Source of the DNA: Amphiscolops sp. MND2022
Taxonomy: Eukaryota
DNA: 64,000 nucleotides
NCBI GenBank assembly: GCA_964187785.1
Contig: OZ076413.1
Location: forward strand, 44,518,001 to 44,582,000
Reading direction: 5' to 3'
Below, one piece after another: positions 61,868 to 64,000 of this stretch (positions within the stretch are counted from its first letter, which is position 1; each line of letters begins with the position of its first letter). The notes under the pieces were generated by a model that worked only from the letters and a program-made list of their open reading frames with translations, ran no database searches and was not told the DNA's origin. Both the position numbers and the translations under genes were made by a program.

Positions 61868-62609
61868 ATGTTTTTATGGTTCTAAGCATATCCAGTAAAA
61901 TATATGCACACTTCACTGAAGTTAAACCATCTCTTAAAAATATAACTTTTTTAAGAAGTAAATCTTAAAGCTGGGAAGTTTCAAATGTAAAACAATTTAT
62001 CACATATAATTGTTACAAATATAACTGGAATTATCTGAGATTAGCAAGTACAGATTTCGAGAATAAACTTCAGGAAAGATTCAGCAATATACTACATTTC
62101 AGAGCACTTCAACTTTTCCCGCTCCCAATAACGCAACTTTCAACACAATTAGGCTCTTTTCTGTTTATTCATTTGAGTGTAAAAATAAATTATTTTATTT
62201 TATTTATTATAATTATTCCTACCCATAATTATTCATTGAACACCCCTGGCCCGGGTTGACCCTCTTACCAGAACCAAGATCTTGCCAAATTCTTACTACA
62301 TCATCTTGGCAACCATGGATCCCATGGCAAGATTCCTACTAAGATCTTACCAAGATGTATTATTATCCCAAGATCGAATCTTACTAAGATAGAAAAAATT
62401 CAAAGATTAAAAAATTTCTATGAAGAGTTTTAAAATTGGTCACATTCGTATGATAATTTTTTTGCCGTGATTCCAGTGATTTTTGAAATATATTCAGTGA
62501 TTTTTAGATGTTATTCTTGTGATTTATAGATATTCCAGTGGTTCTAGTTCTTAATTCAAGGGTTTTAGATGTTATTCCAGAGCTTTTAGATCTTATTCCA
62601 GTCATTTTG

Positions 62610-63478
62610 AGGTAAATTTAGTGATTTTTAGATGTTATTCCGGTGGTGTTAGAATTAAATCAGCGATTTTTTATGTTTTTGTAGTGGTTGTAAAGATCAT
62701 CCAGTAATTTTATTGTTTTGACTGATTTCTAGATGATTTTTCCATAACTTTTAATTTAATGTTTTTCTGATTCTGTTTTTTTTCTCGATCGATATCGATA
62801 TCAAGCAGTTCGTAATAAATTTTTCTTGCCATATTGGGCTTCTTAGTAAGATTTTTCTTGGAGCCGTGACTGTCTTGATAAGAACTTACCATGACATGAC
62901 ATCTTACAATTCTCGGCAATATCTTGGCAAGATAAATTATTATCTGCAGACTTATCTGCAGATAAATTTTCCGTTCGTACTTCAAAAATTGAAATCAATT
63001 TACCACAAAATAATTACTTCAAAAGACCATAAGTTTCCTCAAAGTTACCACAAAATTGATTAATCTCTGGTCTTTCCGTTTTTACCCACCAGGGTCGACC
63101 CTCCATGGATATCTTGATAAAATCTTGGCAAGATCTTGCCAAGATCTTGAAAAATCTTAGCTAAGATCTTGCCAAGATATTGCCGAGAATTGTAAGATGT
63201 CATGTCATGGTAAGTTCTTATCAAGACAGTCACGGTTCCAAGAAAAATCTTACTAAGAAGCCCAATATGGCAAGAAAAATTTATTACGAACTGCTTGATA
63301 TCGATATCGATCGAGAATCAGAAAAACATTAAATTAAAAGTTATGGAAAAATCATCTAGAAATCAGTCAAAACAATAAAATTACTGGATGATCTTTACAC
63401 CTACTACAAAAACATAAAAAATCGCTGATTTAATTCTAACATCACCGGAATAACATCTAAAAATCACTAAATTTACCT
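62610..63478. repeat. Long inverted repeat, about 320-bp arms (62610-62933 / 63166-63478) with about 230-bp spacer
   Basis: Arms are near-identical reverse complements apart from a few substitutions and an about 11-bp indel; embedded in CAAGATCTTG-rich MITE-like sequence. Confidence 0.88.
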
Positions 63479-64000
63479 AGCATGCTGATAAAATTTGCGT
63501 TCACACGATTTTTTATGATCCCTTTATTGAAAATTCAACATCTTCAATTTTTGAGTTGCATAAAGATCAATCGAGGGCGCATGGTCACAGTCGAGATGTG
63601 TGACAAATTTTCAAGTGCTCAAACGAAAAGACGGACCATGCGTCTTATACCACACCAAGCGGACGCAGGGGGCAAATAAGATACAAGGTTCAAATACCAT
63701 TATGTCGACATCGTTCGCGTTGAAATTTTGGTCCAATAAAATAATTGAAGTCGATATAATCCTATCTTTTACATTGACTGCCAGTAAAAAGTTGCTCATT
63801 GGATTTTATCGTGGAGAAAATTTGATTTGCTTTGAAATATGGGACTTTTTATACAATTTTATATAAAGCGTGAGTTTTTGTTATTTTGAACAATAATGTC
63901 AAAAAAATTGGTGTCAGTTTTTGTAAGAAGTGTCAAAACAGCTGTAAAGACAATCCTCTAAGTATTTACATTCAAACAATATTCTTTTATTAGTGAAATA

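Overview
AT-rich eukaryotic (animal-like) genomic DNA with two main components. (1) A giant intron-containing gene on the minus strand. I can chain 13 exons with canonical GT-AG sites and consistent phases from 57287 down to 884: 23,487 coding bp, about 7,830 aa, open at both ends. It has helical, possibly spectrin-repeat-like N-terminal exons, a 5.9-kb exon with about 12 divergent 'DxxG...DDP' repeats, and a run of symmetric phase-1 exons carrying two arrays of a 426-bp (142-aa) acidic repeat, a recurring KPFATSSGMAFA motif and a recurring 'LYDDML' domain. (2) A 19.7-kb Ty3/Gypsy LTR retrotransposon (33604-53302, + strand, about 99% identical LTRs) inserted antisense in one intron. Its now-disrupted gag-pol continues past integrase into an AT-hook/Cys region and two TARG1/OARD1-like macrodomains. 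A second, roughly 1,450-aa disrupted ORF in the env position contains an SGNH-hydrolase-like segment. The introns and the upstream region also hold many MITE-like elements, inverted repeats, a CORE-SINE remnant and one elongator tRNA-Met gene. All domain calls are by-eye motif recognition, not database results.
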